Origin: Pristiophorus japonicus
Taxonomy: Eukaryota
Length of the DNA: 64,000 bases
Direction: 5' to 3'
Assembly: GCF_044704955.1 (NCBI RefSeq)
Contig: NC_091984.1
Span: forward strand, 147,932,001-147,996,000
Within the stretch, counting starts at the first letter, position 1; each line of letters starts with the position of its first letter. Below, in pieces: positions 11,400 through 25,175 of this stretch. The notes below the pieces were generated by a model. That model was not told the DNA's origin, did no database searches, and saw only the letters and a program-made list of their open reading frames with translations. A program made the translations under genes and the position numbers.

Positions 11400-12460
11400 C
11401 CAGTAAATCTCCTACCAATCACTTAAAATCTATGCCCTGGTTATTGATCCCGATGCTAAGGGAAATATGTCCGTCCTATCCATGCTATCTCGGGCCCTCA
11501 TAATTTTATACACCTCAATAAGGTCTCCCCTCAGCCTCCTCTGTTCCAAAGAAAACAACCCCAGCCGATCCAATCTTTCCTCATAGCTAAAATTTTGCAG
11601 TCCAGGCAACATCCTCGTAAACCTTCTTGTGTGCAATTGGTTGGAAAGCAACTTCGGAAGTCCTGAGGTTGTGAAAGGCGCTATATAAATTCAAGGCTTT
11701 CTTTCATTGAAGTGGGTGGGCCCTGATCCTGACCCTCAGCCATTGTCCGCGCGCTCTGACTCCCAGGAGGTCACAGTGACCCTGCCTGACCCCGGTACAC
11801 TGAGGCTAATTGTATCCTCACCCTTGACCTCACCCCGGTGCTGGGCAGCAAACTTTTAAATGCAATCTAGAAGCTTCTACACCGACACCCAACATGAAGC
11901 CTTGCTGAAGTGTGTTTATACAAGTGTGTCGCAATGTTCCCGGATAAAGTTCTCCCGATCTGTGTGTGATCTGAACTTTCTCACTGCTGAGCCTGTTTCC
12001 CCTGTATCCACCCATCTACAGTTCGAGCTTCCTGCCAGTGAACAGTGTCTTAATGGGACACTCAGTCTTTACCGACTCTTACTGTTAACCATTTCTGTGC
12101 TGAGTGTGTGCCAACCCTGCACTGTAGATGTTTATACAACGGTCCAATATGATTTTGCATATCAGCTGTGGCTCAGTGCGTTGCACTCTCGCCTCGGAGT
12201 CAGAAGGTTGTGGGTTCAAGTCCCACTTTACGGACTTGAGCACAAAAATCTAGGCTGACACTCCAGTGCAGTGCTGAGGGAGCGCCGCACTGTCCGAGAG
12301 GCCTTCTTTCGGATGAGACGTTAAACCGAGGGCCCGTTTGCCCTCTCAGGTGAATGTTAAAGATCCCATGCCACTATTTTGAAGAAGAGCAGGGGAGTTC
12401 TCCCCGGTGTCCTGGTCAATATTTATCCCTCAACCAACATGACAAAAGAACAGATTATCA
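11400..12460 (+). repeat. Segmental repeat block A2 (direct copy about 19845-20915; inverted partial copy within 29445-31591)
   Basis: Unique core CCCTGATCCTGAC...GAAGCTTCTACACCGACACCCAACATGAAGCCTTGCTGAAG...CCGATCTGTGTGTGATCTGA is present three times. Confidence 0.92.
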
Positions 12461-12630
12461 GGTCGTTATCACATCGCTGTTTGTGGGAGCTTGCTGTGCA
12501 CAATTTTGCTGCCGTGTTTCCCACATTGCAACAGTGACTACACTCCAAAAGTACTTCATTGGCTGTAAAACTCTTTGAGATGTACGGTGGTTGTGAAAGA
12601 TGTAATATAAATGCAAGATTTTCTTTTTTT
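12162..12630 (+). mobile_element. Full-length tRNA-headed Deu-domain SINE (SacSINE1-like)
   Basis: A box GTGGCTCAGTG, B box GGTTCAAGTCCC, Deu-like core GAAGAAGAGCAGGGGAGTTCTCCCCGGTGTCCTGG, L2-like tail. Partial copies at about 5110-5260, 6215-6510, 17520-17810, 20620-20915 and 24420-25335. Confidence 0.75.
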
Positions 12631-12863
12631 TTTAAATCACCTTCACATCAAACGCATTTATATTTAGATTAAACTGATCAAGCGAGGCAAAGAAGATGAA
12701 GAATTAGTGTTGCTCACCTCTAATGGTTAATCACCAGCCAGGAGTTCATTAACCCAACTCTCCGTTATCAGATGTGAATTATCCCCACACGGAAACACCC
12801 ACAGTGACACACACACACACACACTAATATACACCTATTAAACATCCTTCTCCTCTATTTCAG

Positions 12864-13192
12864 GCCGAGGGAAGACACCACCCACGCTGACCCTGCTGCC
12901 TCCCTCCCCGGAGGAGCTCACGACCAAGGGCACTGCCACCCTGGTGTGCCTCGCCGATCACTTCTACCCCGATGCGGTGGAGGTGGAGTGGAAGAAGGAC
13001 GGGGCGAGCATTTCGGCCGGGGTCCAGACCAGCGACTACCTGCGAGCTTCGGACAACACCTACAGTGTCAGCAGCCTGCTGACCCTCTCTGGCTCCGACT
13101 GGGAGTCCAACGCCAGCTTCTCCTGCAGCCTCATCCACGAGAGCCTCTCCTCTCCCCTCAGCAAGGGAGTCAGGAGAGCAGAATGTGCGTAG
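12864..13192 (+). CDS. IGKC: Ig kappa constant exon, cluster 1
   Basis: Acceptor TTTCAG ends at 12863. The phase-1 join with J gives S-RGKTPPTLTLLPPSPEELTTKGTATLVCLADHFYPDAVEVEWKKDG...DNTYSVSSLLTLSGSDWESNASFSCSLIHESLSSPLSKGVRRAECA*, an intact C1-set domain with the penultimate interchain Cys. Confidence 0.97.
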
Positions 13193-13620
13193 TGTGTCAG
13201 GGACAGTCCGCGGGGGAGACACAACTTTAAATAGAACAGGGGGTGAGCCGGGAGGGCAAAGGTCATTGTCAGCACTGCATTTCTACTCTCTTCCTTCTCG
13301 GGACTGGGTCAGGGAAAGCATCTGAGGGTCAGGGGGTAAGGCACGTTATTGGGGCAGTGTCGAGGGAGCTTTACTCTGTATCTAACCCGTGCTGTACCTG
13401 CCCTGGGAGGGTTTGATGGGGCAGTGTTGACTCGTGCTGCCAAGTAAAATCTCGAAGATGCTGAAGACTGTCAGCAGAGTAAAACTAATGTTAAACTGCG
13501 AAGTGCCGCTTCAGTAAGCAGACCCCCTCCCTGCTCACCCTGCTGTTACAATTCAAGGTTTAGTCCCCGTTTAAAGGGACAGGATTCTCACGGTGTGGAG
13601 AAAATCCACACAACTGTTTT

Positions 13621-13750
13621 AATAAAGCTGCATTCTCCCTGTGAATGTCTCCAGCTCGCTCTCGCTGGGCTGTTTATTCAAGTTTTGTTTCTCTAAATGT
13701 GAATCTGTAAAAGGCAATAAACGTGAAGAATATTCATTCTGTGTCTGGCG
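13621..13750 (+). terminator. Polyadenylation signals of the kappa transcript
   Basis: AATAAA at 13621-13626 and 13716-13721, the second followed by a GT-rich element (TCTGTGTCTGG). Confidence 0.7.
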
Positions 13751-14829
13751 AGTGCTTTGGAAATGCCCCTCCTCCCCCTCAGCTGGATTGGCTGCATTTC
13801 AGTAAGTGTCTGTCCTGAGTGGCTAGGTGGGCTGTCAATCAATGGCACGTTACCAGGAGATTTGTTTCAAAGCCAATTATCAATCATTTTAAAACGATCA
13901 ATTTGACCTCGAAACCCTGGAGTGCACAAGATTAAACACAGAGACACTAAAAGCTGCTGGGATTAAACCCTCCCAGTCTGAGCATTGGCTCTCACTCTGC
14001 ACACTGGGGGTGTTGGGGCAGCCCCCGATGGTGGGATCACACTGTGCACTCTGTGCTGACTGACTGCTGGGGGCAATCTGGGGGCAGGAGGCCACAGTCA
14101 CAACATTGCATTCTCTCTCCTTAACATGTGGCTCGTGGCAGCAGCACAAAACTGTACCGAGTGAGGCCTCAGCTTAGGGAGAGGAGCAGTCAGTGTATCA
14201 CCATGGACATGTCCCTGAGTGTTAGTGTGTGTGTAACTGTTACCCAGCATTGTCTGTAGGTGTGTGTGTGTGTATGTGTGTGTGTGAGTGTTACCCAGCA
14301 CTGTTATGTCAGCCTGAGGAGTGCTCCGCGGTGATGCTCCAGCTCCTGGGGGTGTCGGAGATCTTTAGGGGACTGTGGGGAGGAGGGGAGTGGAGGGGTG
14401 ACCTGGGCGGATGATTGGGGGCTGACCATGAGTGGAATGGTGGGGACCAGGCCGATCGGGGGGGTATTCTCAGGGAGTCTCACCAATACCCTGTACAGAT
14501 GAAGCAGGACTTCTCTGCTTTTGTACTCCATCCCCCTGACAATAAAGGACAACATTCCATTGGCTTTCCTGAACACTTGCTGTACCTGCATACTAACTTT
14601 TTGTGTTTCATGCACCAGGACCCCCAGCTCCCTCTGTACTGCAGCAGTTTGCAAGTTTTCTCCTTTTAAATAATAAATTGCTTTCCTATTCTTTCTGCAA
14701 AATGGATAACCTCACATTTCCCCACATTATACTCCATCTGCCAACGTTTTGCCCACTCACTGAGCCTGTCTATATCCCTTTGCAGATTTTTAGTGTCCTC
14801 CTCACAATGTGCTTTCCCAGCCACCATCA

Positions 14830-15210
14830 TAGGCAGTCCCTCGGAATCGAGGAAGACTTGCTTCCAATCTTAAAATGAGTCGTTAGGTGACTGAACAGTC
14901 CAATACGAGAACCACAGTCCCTGCCACAGGTGGGACAGACAGTCATTGAGGGTAAGGATGGGTGGGACAGGTTTGCTGCACGTTCCTTCCGCTGCCTGCA
15001 CTTGATTTCTGCATGCACCACGGCGATGAGATGCGAAGTGCTCAGCGCCATCACAGATACACTTCCTCCACTTCGGGAAGTCTTTGGCCAGGGTCTCCCA
15101 GGTGTCAGTGGGGATTTTGCACTTCATCAGGGAGGCTTTGAGGGTGTCCTTGTAACGTTCCTCTGCCCACCTTTGGCTAGTTTGCCGTGAAAGAGTTCCG
15201 AGTAGAGCGA
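14830..15210 (-). mobile_element. RTE-clade LINE 3' end
   Basis: CPTCGRDCGSRIGLFSHL terminal zinc finger and the WETLAKD..KWR motif. Confidence 0.75.
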
Positions 15211-16089
15211 GTATTCAAAAAGGAGTTAGATGTCGTCCTTACTACTAGGGGGATCAAGGGGTATGGCGAGAAAGCAGGAATGGAGTACTGAAGTTGCATG
15301 TTCAGCCATGAACTCATTGAATGGTGGTGCAGGCTTGAAGGGCCGAATGGCCTACTCCTGCACCTAGTTTCTATGTTTCTATGTTTGGGTGTCTTGTGTC
15401 TGGCATGTGGACAATGTGGCCTGCTCATGGAGCTGATCAAGTGTGGTCAGTGCTTCAATGCTGGGGATGTTGACCTGGTCGAGGACACTAATGTTGGTGC
15501 GTCTGTCCTCCCAGCAAATTTTGCTACTTTACACTCAGTTCCTTCGTCATTAATAGAGATTGGAAATAATTGAGGCCCCAGCACTGATCCCTGTGGCACC
15601 TCACTAGTTACTCTTTGCCAAAGGGAAAATGACCCAATTATCCTGACTCTGTTTTCTGTTAGTTAGCCAATCCTCTATCCATGCTAATATATTACCCCCA
15701 ACCCCGTAAACTTTTATCTTGTGCCTTTTATGTGGCACCTTATCGAATGCCTTCTGGAAATCCAAATACACCACATCCACTGATTCCCCTTTATCCACCC
15801 TGTTCGTTAAATCCTCAAAGAATTCCAGCAAGTTTGTCAAACATGATTTCCCTTTCATAAAACCATGCTGACTCTGCTTGATTGAACTATGCTTTTCCAA
15901 ATGTCCTGCTACTGCTTCCTTAATAATGGACTCCAGCATTTCCCCAATGACAGATGTTAGGCTAACTGGTCTGTAGTTTCCTGCTTTCTGTCTGCCTCCT
16001 TTTTTAAATAGGGGCGTTAAATTTGCTGTGCTTTGCAGAGGGTGTTAAAAGGAGCGGCGACATCCAGAATACCAGATTTTGCTTCAATT

Positions 16090-16505
16090 CAACAACAACA
16101 ACCTGTATTTATATAGCGCCTTTAATGTAGTGAAACGTCCCAAGGCACTTCCCAGGAGTATTATGTGATACAAAATTTGACACCGAGTCACATAAGAAGA
16201 AATTAGTGTCGGTGACCAAAGAGGTATGTTTTAAGGAGTGTCTTGAAGGAGGAAAGAGAGGTAGAGAGGCGGCGAGGTTTAGGGAGAGAGTCCAGAGCTT
16301 GGGGTTTCGGCAACAGAAGGCACGGCCACCAATGGTTGAGCGATTATAATCAGGGATGCTCAGGAGGGCAGAATTGGAGGAGCACAGACATCTCGGGGGC
16401 TTGTGGGGCTGGAGGAGATTACAGAGATAGGGAGGGGCGAGGCCATGGAGGGATTTGAAAACAAGGATGAGAATTTTAAAAATCGAGGCATTGCTTAACC
16501 GGAAG
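16090..16505 (-). mobile_element. L2 LINE 3' fragment (related copy at 27513-28200)
   Basis: (CAA)n tail and L2-type 3' end. The 28006-28221 ORF shows the L2 motif LSSSAAETLIHA. Confidence 0.7.
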
Positions 16506-16734
16506 CTGATGACGATCTCTACCCTCCCCTTTCCCCCGCCCCCCCCGAGCTGCTCCCAAGCCTCGCTCTCTCCCCTCCCTCACTCCTGCCCTCCTCACAC
16601 CCCATCCCTCCTTCTCCCTCCCCCCAATCCCAACCCTCCCATCCATCACCCTGCACTCCCTCCCCACCTCCGTGCCCCCCTACCTCACATGCCTCTCCTC
16701 CCCCCCCCTAATTCCCTCCGTCCCTCCCAAACTG

Positions 16735-19700
16735 GAGTAGCCCATTCGACCCCTCGAGCCTGCTCCACCATTCAATGAGATCATGGCTGATCATTTTCCT
16801 GCACTGTCCCCATATCCCTCTATTCCCTTAATATCCAAAAATCTATTGATCTCCGTCTTAAATATACTCAACGACTGAGCCTCCACAGCCCTCTGGGGTA
16901 AAGAATTCCAACGATTCACTACACTCTGAGTGAAGAACTTTCACCTCATCTCAGTCCTAAATGGCCGACCCCTTATTCTGAGACTGTGACCCCCTGTTCT
17001 AGACTCCCCAGCCAGAGGAAACATCCTCCCTGCATCTACCCTGTCAAGCCCTGTCAGAATTCTGTATGTTTCAATGAGATCCCCTCTCATTCTTCTAAAC
17101 ATGAGAGAATATAGGTCTCGTCTACACAGTCTCTCCATAGGACAATCCCCCCATCCCAGATGTCCGTCTGATGTGTCAGCGTGTTTGTCACACATGACGG
17201 AGCAGACAGCAGGAGTTCCACCAGCAACACAGGACGTTACCTCAGTGCCCGGCCCACTTTCCCCATCCACTTACCACATTCTTACAGGTAAACGGGCTCA
17301 GCACCTGCCCTCGGCCGGTGAAATGTCTCCCCTCTAGACCACAGGCTGCTCGTCATCTGTTCCCCATCTCACTACTGAAGGCACTACCTCTGGCTGGGGC
17401 TCAGCTCCTCTCCCCAAGTGGGCTCACTGTCCCAGTTTGAGCCCAGAGACTGAGCATTTCAGGCTAATCGACCGTGAGGTGTCAGCCGTGGCTCAGTCAC
17501 TAGCATGCTCGTCTCTGAGAAAAGGAAGAAAGACTAGCATTTATACAGCGCCTTTCACAACCGCCAGACATCCCAAAATGCTTTACAGCCAATGAAGTAA
17601 TTTTTGAAGTGTACTCACTGTTGTAATGTCGGATATGCAGGAGCCAATTTGTGCACAGCAAGCTCCCACAAACTGCAATGTGATGATGACCAAATAACCT
17701 GTTTTTGTTATGTTGATTGAAGCATAAATATTGGCCAGGACACCGCATTGGGATTGGAACCCTCAAATTCTGACTCAGAGACTACGGTGCTACCAACTGA
17801 GCCACTGGCTGACTCCATTCGGCCCATCTTGTCCGCGCTGGCCGACAAAGGGCTATCCAGCCGAATCCCACTTTCCAATTCTGGGTCCGTAGCCCTGTAG
17901 GTTACGGCACTTCAAGTGTACATCCAAGTACTTCTTAAATGTGGAGATTGTTTCTGCCTCTACCACCCTTACAGGCAGTGAGTTCCAGACCCCCACCATC
18001 CTCTGGTGAAGGCATTTCATAAGAACATAACAACATAAGAATTAGGAACAGGAGTAGGCCATCTAGCCCCTCGAGCCTGCTCCGCCATTCAACAAGATCA
18101 TGGCTGATCTGGCCGTAGACTCAGCTCCACTTACCCGCCCGCTCCCCATAACCCTTAATTGCCTTATTGGTTAAAAATCTATCTATCTGTGATTTGAATA
18201 CATTCAATGAGCTAGCCTCAACTGTTTCCTTGGGCAGAGAATTCCACAGATTCACAACTCTCTGGGAGAAGAAATTCCTTCTCAACTTGGTTTTAAATTG
18301 GCTCCCCCATATTTTGAGGCTGTGCCCCCTAGTTCTCGTCTCCCCGACCAGTGGAAACAACCTCTCTGCCTCTATCTTGTCTATCCCTTTCATTATTTTA
18401 AATGTTTCGACAATATCACGCCTCATCCTTCTGAACTCCAATGAGTAAAGACCCAGTCTACTCAATCTATTATCATAAGGTAACCCCCTCATCTCTGGAA
18501 TCAGCCTAGTGAATCGTCTCTGTACCCCCTCCAAAGCTAGTATATCCTTCCTTAAGTAAGGTGACCAAAACTGCACGCAGTATTCCAGTATCTTCTGCAG
18601 TAACCTTTTGTGTGGCACCTTATTGAATGCCTTTTGGAAATCTAAATACACCACATCCATCGGTACACCTCTATCCACCATGCTCGTTATATCCTCAAAG
18701 AATTCCAGTAAATTAGTTAACCATGATTTCCCCTTCATGAATCCATGCTGTGTCTGCTTGATTGCACTATTCCTATCCAGATGACCCGCTATTTCTTCCT
18801 TAATGATAGCTTCAAGCATTTTCCCACTACAGATGTTAAACTAACCGACCTATAGCTACCTGCCTTTTGTCTGCCCCCTTTTTAAAACAGAGGCGTTACA
18901 TTAGCTGCTTTCCAATCCGCTGGTACCTCCCCAGAGTCCAGAGAATTTTGGTAGATTATAACGAATGCATCTGCTATAACTTCCGCCATCTCTTTTAATA
19001 CCCTGGGATGCATTTCATCAGGAGCAGGGGACTTGTCTACCTTGAGTCCCATTAGCCTGTCCAGCACTACCCCCCTAGTGATAGTGATTTTCTCAAGGTC
19101 CTCCGTTCCCACATTCACGTGACCAGCAATTTTTGGCATGGTTTTTGTGTCTTCCACTGTGAAGACCGAAGCAAAATAATTGTTTAAGGTCTCAGCCAAT
19201 TCCACATTTCTCATTATTAAATCCCCCTTCTCATCTTCTAAGGGACCAACATTTACTTTAGTCACTCTTTTCCGTTTTATATATCTGTAAAAGCTTTTAC
19301 TATCTGTTTTTATGTTTTGCGCAAGTTTACTTTCGTAATCTATCTTTCCTTTCTTTATTGCTTTCTTCGTCATCTTTGCTGTCGTTTAAAATTTTCCCAA
19401 TCTTCTAGTTTCCCACTAACCTTGGCCACCTTATACCCATTGGTTTTTAATTTGATACTCTCCTTTATCTCCTTGGTTATCCACGGCTGGTTATCCCTTC
19501 TCTTCCCGCCCTTCTTTTCACTGGAATATATTTTTGTTGAGCACTATGAAAGAGCTCCTTCAAGTCCTCCACTGTTCCTCAATTGTGCCACCGTTTAGTC
19601 TGTGTTTCCAGTCTACTTTAGCCAACTCTGCCCTCATCCCACTGTAGTCCCCTTTGTTGAAGCATAGTATGCTCGTTTGAGACACTACTTCCTCACCCTC

Positions 19701-20915
19701 AATCTGTATTACAAACTCAACCATCCTGTGATCACTCATTCCGAGAGGATCTTTTACTTGGAGATCGTTTATTATTCCTATCTCATTACACAGGACCAGA
19801 TCTAAGATAGCTTGCTCCCTGCTCCCTTCCCCTCACATACCCTCGAAACCTCCTACCAATTACTTTAAATCTATGCCCCCTGGTTGTTGACCCCTCTGCT
19901 AAGGGAAATAGATCCATCCTTTCCACTCTATCTTAGCCCCTCATAATTTTATACACCTCAGTAAGGTCTCCCCTCAGCCTCCTCTGTTCCACGGAAAACA
20001 CCCCCAGCCTATCCAATCTTTCCTCATGGCTAAAATTTTCCAGTCCAGGCAACATCCTCGTAAATCCTGTGTGCAATTGGTTGTAAAGCACCTTGGGACG
20101 TCCTGAGGTTGTGAAAGGCGCCATATAAATTCAAGGCTTTCTTTCATTGAAGTGGGAGGGCCCTGATCCTGACTCTCACCCATTGTCCGCGCACTCTGAC
20201 CTTCCAGGAGGTCACGGGATCATTGGGAGCAGTGACCCTGCCTGACCCCGGTATTTTGTGGCTAATTGTCGCCTCACCCTTGACCTCACCCCGGTGCTGG
20301 GCAGCAAGCTTTTAAATACAATCTAGAAGCTTCTACACCGTCACCCAACATGAAGCCTTGCTGAAGTATGTTTATACAAGTGTGTCGCAATGTTCCCGGA
20401 TAAAGTTCTCCCGATCTGTGTGTGATCTGAGCTTTCTCACTGCTGAGCCTGTTTCCCCTGTATCCACCCATCTACACTTCAAGCTTCCTGCCAGTGAACA
20501 ACGTCTTAACGGGACACTCAGTCTTTACCGACTCTTACTGTTAACCATTTCAGTGCTGAATGTGTGCCAACCCTGCACTGCAGATGTTTATACAATAATC
20601 CAAGATGATTTTGAGTATCAGCCGTGGCTCAGTGCGTTGCACTCTCGCCTCTGAGTCAGAAGGTTGTGGGTTCAAGTCCCACTCCAGGGACTTGAGCACA
20701 AAAATCCAGGCTGACACTGCAGTGCAGTGCTGAGGGAGAGCTGCACTGTTGGAGGTGCCGTCTTTCAGATGAGACGTTAAACCGAGGCCCCGTCTGCCCT
20801 CTCAGGTGGATGTAAAAGATCCCAGGACACTATTTTGAAGAAGAGGAGGGGAGTTCCCCCCGGTGTCCTGGTCAATATTTATCCGTTAAGCGACATGACA
20901 GAAGAACACATTATC
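16735..20915 (+). repeat. Duplicate of the J-C intron (blocks A1+A2) located downstream of C, interrupted by a CR1
   Basis: 16735-18010 matches 5375-6700 and 19845-20915 matches 11400-12460. No C exon follows. Confidence 0.9.
18020..19820 (-). mobile_element. CR1 LINE ORF2 fragment
   Basis: ORFs 18121-18819 and 18882-19373 with QHGFMKGKS, YLDFQKAF and KSPAPDEMHPRVLKE. Confidence 0.9.
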
Positions 20916-21389
20916 ACCACCCTCTGAGTGAAGACGTTTATCCTCATCTCAGTTCTAAATGGCTGACCCCTTATTCGGAGACTGTGACTCCTGGTTCGAG
21001 ACTCCCCAGCCAGAGGAAACATCCTGCCTGCATCTACCCTCTCAAGCCCTGTCAGAATTGTATATGTTTCAATGGGATCCCTTCTCATTCTTCTAAACTC
21101 TCGAGAGTATAGGCCTTGGAACTTGCGGAACCAAGGCGGGTAGATGGAGTTCTGATACAGATGAGCAATGATCTGATTGAATGGGGGAACAGGCTCGAGG
21201 GGCTGAATGGCCTCCTTCTGTTCATTGTGTCCAGCAGCAGCTGTATACCTCTCCGCAACCTCATCTTAACTTTTATCAGTCGCATCAGAGCCTTGATTCC
21301 CTCACCATGGGGCTGGTGTTTCCAGATCAATGTCCAGCCATGAGTCAGACTCAGTGAGCGCTGTCAGAGGATGAAAAGGCTGCTCTAAC

Positions 21390-24260
21390 TGCATTGATTA
21401 ATCCCTCTATCTGAATGAAGATTTAACCTGTCTCTCAGGAGTTTTTTCCAATAATTTTCCCACCACTGAGGTTAGGCTGACTGGCGTGTAATTACTCGGT
21501 CTATCCCTTTCTCCCTTTTTAAACAAAGATACAATGTTAGCAGTCCTCCAGTCCTCCTGCACCACACCTGTAGCCAGAGAGGATTGGAAAATGATGGTTA
21601 GAGCCTCTGCTATTTTCTCTTTTGATTCTCTTAATAGCCTGCGATCATTTCATCCGGGCCAGGGGATTTATCCACTCTCAAAGCTGCTAAGCTCCTTAAT
21701 ACTTCCTCTCTCACTATGTTTATTTCATCTCACATTTCCCACTTCTCCTCCCTGATTGCAATGTCTACATCGCCCCTCTCTTTTTGAAAACAGACGCAAA
21801 ATGTTCATTAAGAACCAGACCCACGTTTTACGCCTCCGCACACAGATTACCTTTATGGTCTCTAATAGGCCCAACTCTTTCTTTAATTATCCTCCTGCTC
21901 TTAATGTATTTATAAAACATCTTTGGGTTTTCCTTGATTTTACTTGCCAAAATGTTTTCATGCTCTCTCTTTGATTTCCTAATTTCCTTTTTAATTGCAC
22001 CCCTGCACTTTCTATACCCCTCTAAAGTTCCTGCAGTATTGAGCCCTGTCATAAGCCTCCCTTTTTTAATTTATCCTACACTGTATCTCCCTTGACATCC
22101 AGGGCCACTAGATTTGTTAGCCTCACCCTTTTTCTTTAAGGGAACAGACTTACTCTGAAACCACAGGATTTCCTCCTTGAATGCCTCCCACTGCTCTGAA
22201 ACTGATTTACCTTCAAGTAGCCGTTACCAGTCCACTTTGGTCAAATCTCATCTCAGCTCAGCAAAATTGGCATTTCCCCAGTTGATAACTTTTATTCCTG
22301 GTCTATCTTTGTCCTTTTCCATAACTACCCTAAATCTAACTGAATTATGATCACAGGCACCAAAATGCTCTCCCATTGATACCCCTTCCAACTGCCCCTC
22401 TTCATCCTCCAAAACCAAGTCCAGAACCGTCCTCTCCCTTGTTGGGCTTGTTACAAACTGGCTAAAAAAGTTCTCCTGAAGGCATTTTAGGAATTCCGCA
22501 CCCTCTATATCTTTCACACTAATTTTATCCCAGTTAATATTAGGGTAGTTGAAATCCCCTACTATAACTGCCCTATAGTTTTTGCACTTGTCAGAAATGG
22601 GCCCACATATTTGATCTTCTCTCTCCCTCTGACTGTTTGGGGGTCTATCGTACCAGCAGTGTGATTACCCCTTTTTCGTTCTTCAATTTGACCTATATGG
22701 CCTCATTTGATGATCCTTCCGACATATCATCCCTCCTCACAGCTGTAATTGTTTCTTTCAATTGTTTCAGAACAGCGACCCCCTCCTTTTTTACCCCCTC
22801 TCTATCCTGTCTGAAAACCCTGTAACCAGGAATGTTGAGCTGCCATACCTGCCCTTCTTTGAGCCATGTCTCAGTAATAGCTATAATATCGTACTGTCAA
22901 GTGTCTATCTGTGCTCTCAGCTCATCTGCCTTATTCCCTATACTCCATGCATTGAAGTATACACCATTTAGCACTGCCAAACTGCCTTGTTGTCTATTTT
23001 CTAGGCTTTGTTTCCTCTGTCTTCCAAAATCACTTTCTATTTTTCTGCTTTCCAATTCCAGCTTTGCTTCTCTTCCCACTGAATCCATTCTCAGGTTCCC
23101 ATCCCCTAGCAAGTTCGTTTAAACCCTCCCCAAAGGCAATAGCAAATCCCCCCACAACGATATTCGTCCCGGCTCTGTTGAGGTGCAACCCATCCGGCTT
23201 GTACAGGTCCCACCTGCCCCAGAAATAGTCCCAATGCCTCAGGAAACTAAAGCCCTCTCTCCTGCAACATCTCTCTAGCCACGTAGTCATCTGCTCTACC
23301 CTCCTATTTCTGTAGTCACTATTGTGAGCTCAAAATAAAGTGTGACGTTAGTCTTTTTTGCAGGTCTCCAGAGTGCCCCCGCATCCTGTGAAGCCTCCTT
23401 AAATACCTGTACTCCCAAGGGATTATGGGATTTCTTGGGACTCCAGGGGATGAGCCCTTTGGTGGCTGTCCATAGTAAATACAAGTCCACATATATAACA
23501 ACTAGCACGTGGCACTGGCAGTAATACGGAGATTACTACCTTTTGATGTCTTGCTTTTTTATCTCTCTCCTTGCTCCCTACTCTCCCCCTGTAAAATCTC
23601 ATCCCTCTTTCTACCTGTGTCATTGGTACAGATATGGACCACAACCTCTGGCTGTTCACCCTCCCCCCTCAGAATGTACTGCAGCCACTCAGTGACATCC
23701 TTGACCCTGGCACCAGGCAGGCAACATACCATCCTGGAGTCACGTCTACGGCCACAGAAATGCCTGTCTGTTCCCCTAACTATCGAATCCCCTACCACTA
23801 TTGCTCTTCCACTCTTCTTCCTCCCCCCTGTGCAGCTGAGCCACCCGTGGTGCCGTGGACTTGGCTCTGGCTGCACTTCCTAGAGGCACCATCGCCCCCA
23901 CCAGTACTCAGAACACAATACTGGTTGGAGAGCGAGATGGACTCAGGGGATTCCTGCACTACCTGCCTGGACCTCCTCTTCTGTCTGGTGGTCACCCATT
24001 CCCTCTCTGCCTGCACACTCTTAAGCTGCGGGGTGACCACCTCTAGAAACGTGCTATCCACGAAGTTCTCAGCCTCGCGGACGCACCGCAGTGACTCCAG
24101 CCGCCGCTCAATCTCAGACACGCGGAGCTCGAGTTGCTGTAACTGGTGACACTTCCTGCACATGTGGTCGTCCAGGCCATGAGAAGCATCCAGGACTTCC
24201 CACATGACACAGGATGTGCACTGCACGGGACAGAACTGCCCTGCCATACCTCTATTTAAT
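21390..24260 (-). mobile_element. CR1 LINE 5' half (ORF1 zinc-finger/SGNH esterase and endonuclease)
   Basis: CTSCVMWE..CRKC..LELRVSEIERRL, IVVGDSIVRG, DGLHLNRAG, YFNAWSIGNK and LDLVL. Confidence 0.85.
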
Positions 24261-24699
24261 AAACTGAGAACTGACTGAGCAAAAATAAACTTAAAACTAT
24301 TAAAAAAACAAATAATAGCCTGGCCTACATCAGTTAGGCCATAATTTGTGGATTCGTTCACCCCACTGAGGGCGAACACCATCGATGGGCCATTAATGGT
24401 CTTAAGTTTTCAGCTCAGTCAGCTGTGGCTCAATGGGCAGCACACTTGTCTCTGAGTCCAAAAGTTGTAGGTTCACGTCCCACTCCAGAGACTAAGCTCA
24501 GAAATCCAGACTGACAGTCCCAGTGCAGTACTGAGGTAGTGACACACTGTTGGAGGAGCTGCCTTTCAGGTGAGAGATTAAACCGAGGCCTCGCCTGCCC
24601 TCTAAGGTGGGTGTTAACGATCCCATGCCACGACTTTGAAGAAGAGCAGGGGAGTCCTGGCCAATATTTATCCCTCAATCAACATCACAAAATCAGACT

Positions 24700-25175
24700 G
24701 GGGATGAAATTGCCCCGCTGTGCACCTACCATTAGTGCCTCCAGGGGCCGCCAAGGGAATGTGACAGTGTTTTCCCCCGGGGAGGTGGGGGCGGCTACCA
24801 GCTCCCGCGAGATTGTGCGCGATTTAGCAGAGACATGCAACGGAGAGCGTCTCGTGAGCCATGTCCGCGCCAGTCCTGAGGGTCACGAACCGGTCCGCAC
24901 TTCGCTGGCGAGGTGAAGCTTTCTGCGATGTGCGCGTTGCCATTTGTTTTTGCCGAATTACCGGTCGGGACTTTCTGTGCCAATGTGGCGGGGTCGGTGC
25001 TGCGATGGTGCAGCCCAACACTCGCCCCCCCGAGCCCACCCCCAGGGGAAGTGCAGTGCACCACATTGCGCTCCACTTCCTGTCAGGGGCCGTGACCCCA
25101 ATTTCGCTTCCGGGGCGGGACTTCGGCGTGGGAAAAGTTACTGCACCATCCGGGGCAATATGCAATTTGGGCCCA
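24700..25175. mobile_element. Possible non-autonomous DNA transposon (MITE) splitting a SINE
   Basis: CpG-rich insert that interrupts the Deu-SINE, with imperfect terminal inverted repeats GAAATTGCCCCG ... CGGGGCAATAT. Confidence 0.45.

Noticed and set aside
12165-12235. tRNA-like A/B boxes
   Set aside because: These are SINE heads continuing into the Deu body, not tRNA genes.
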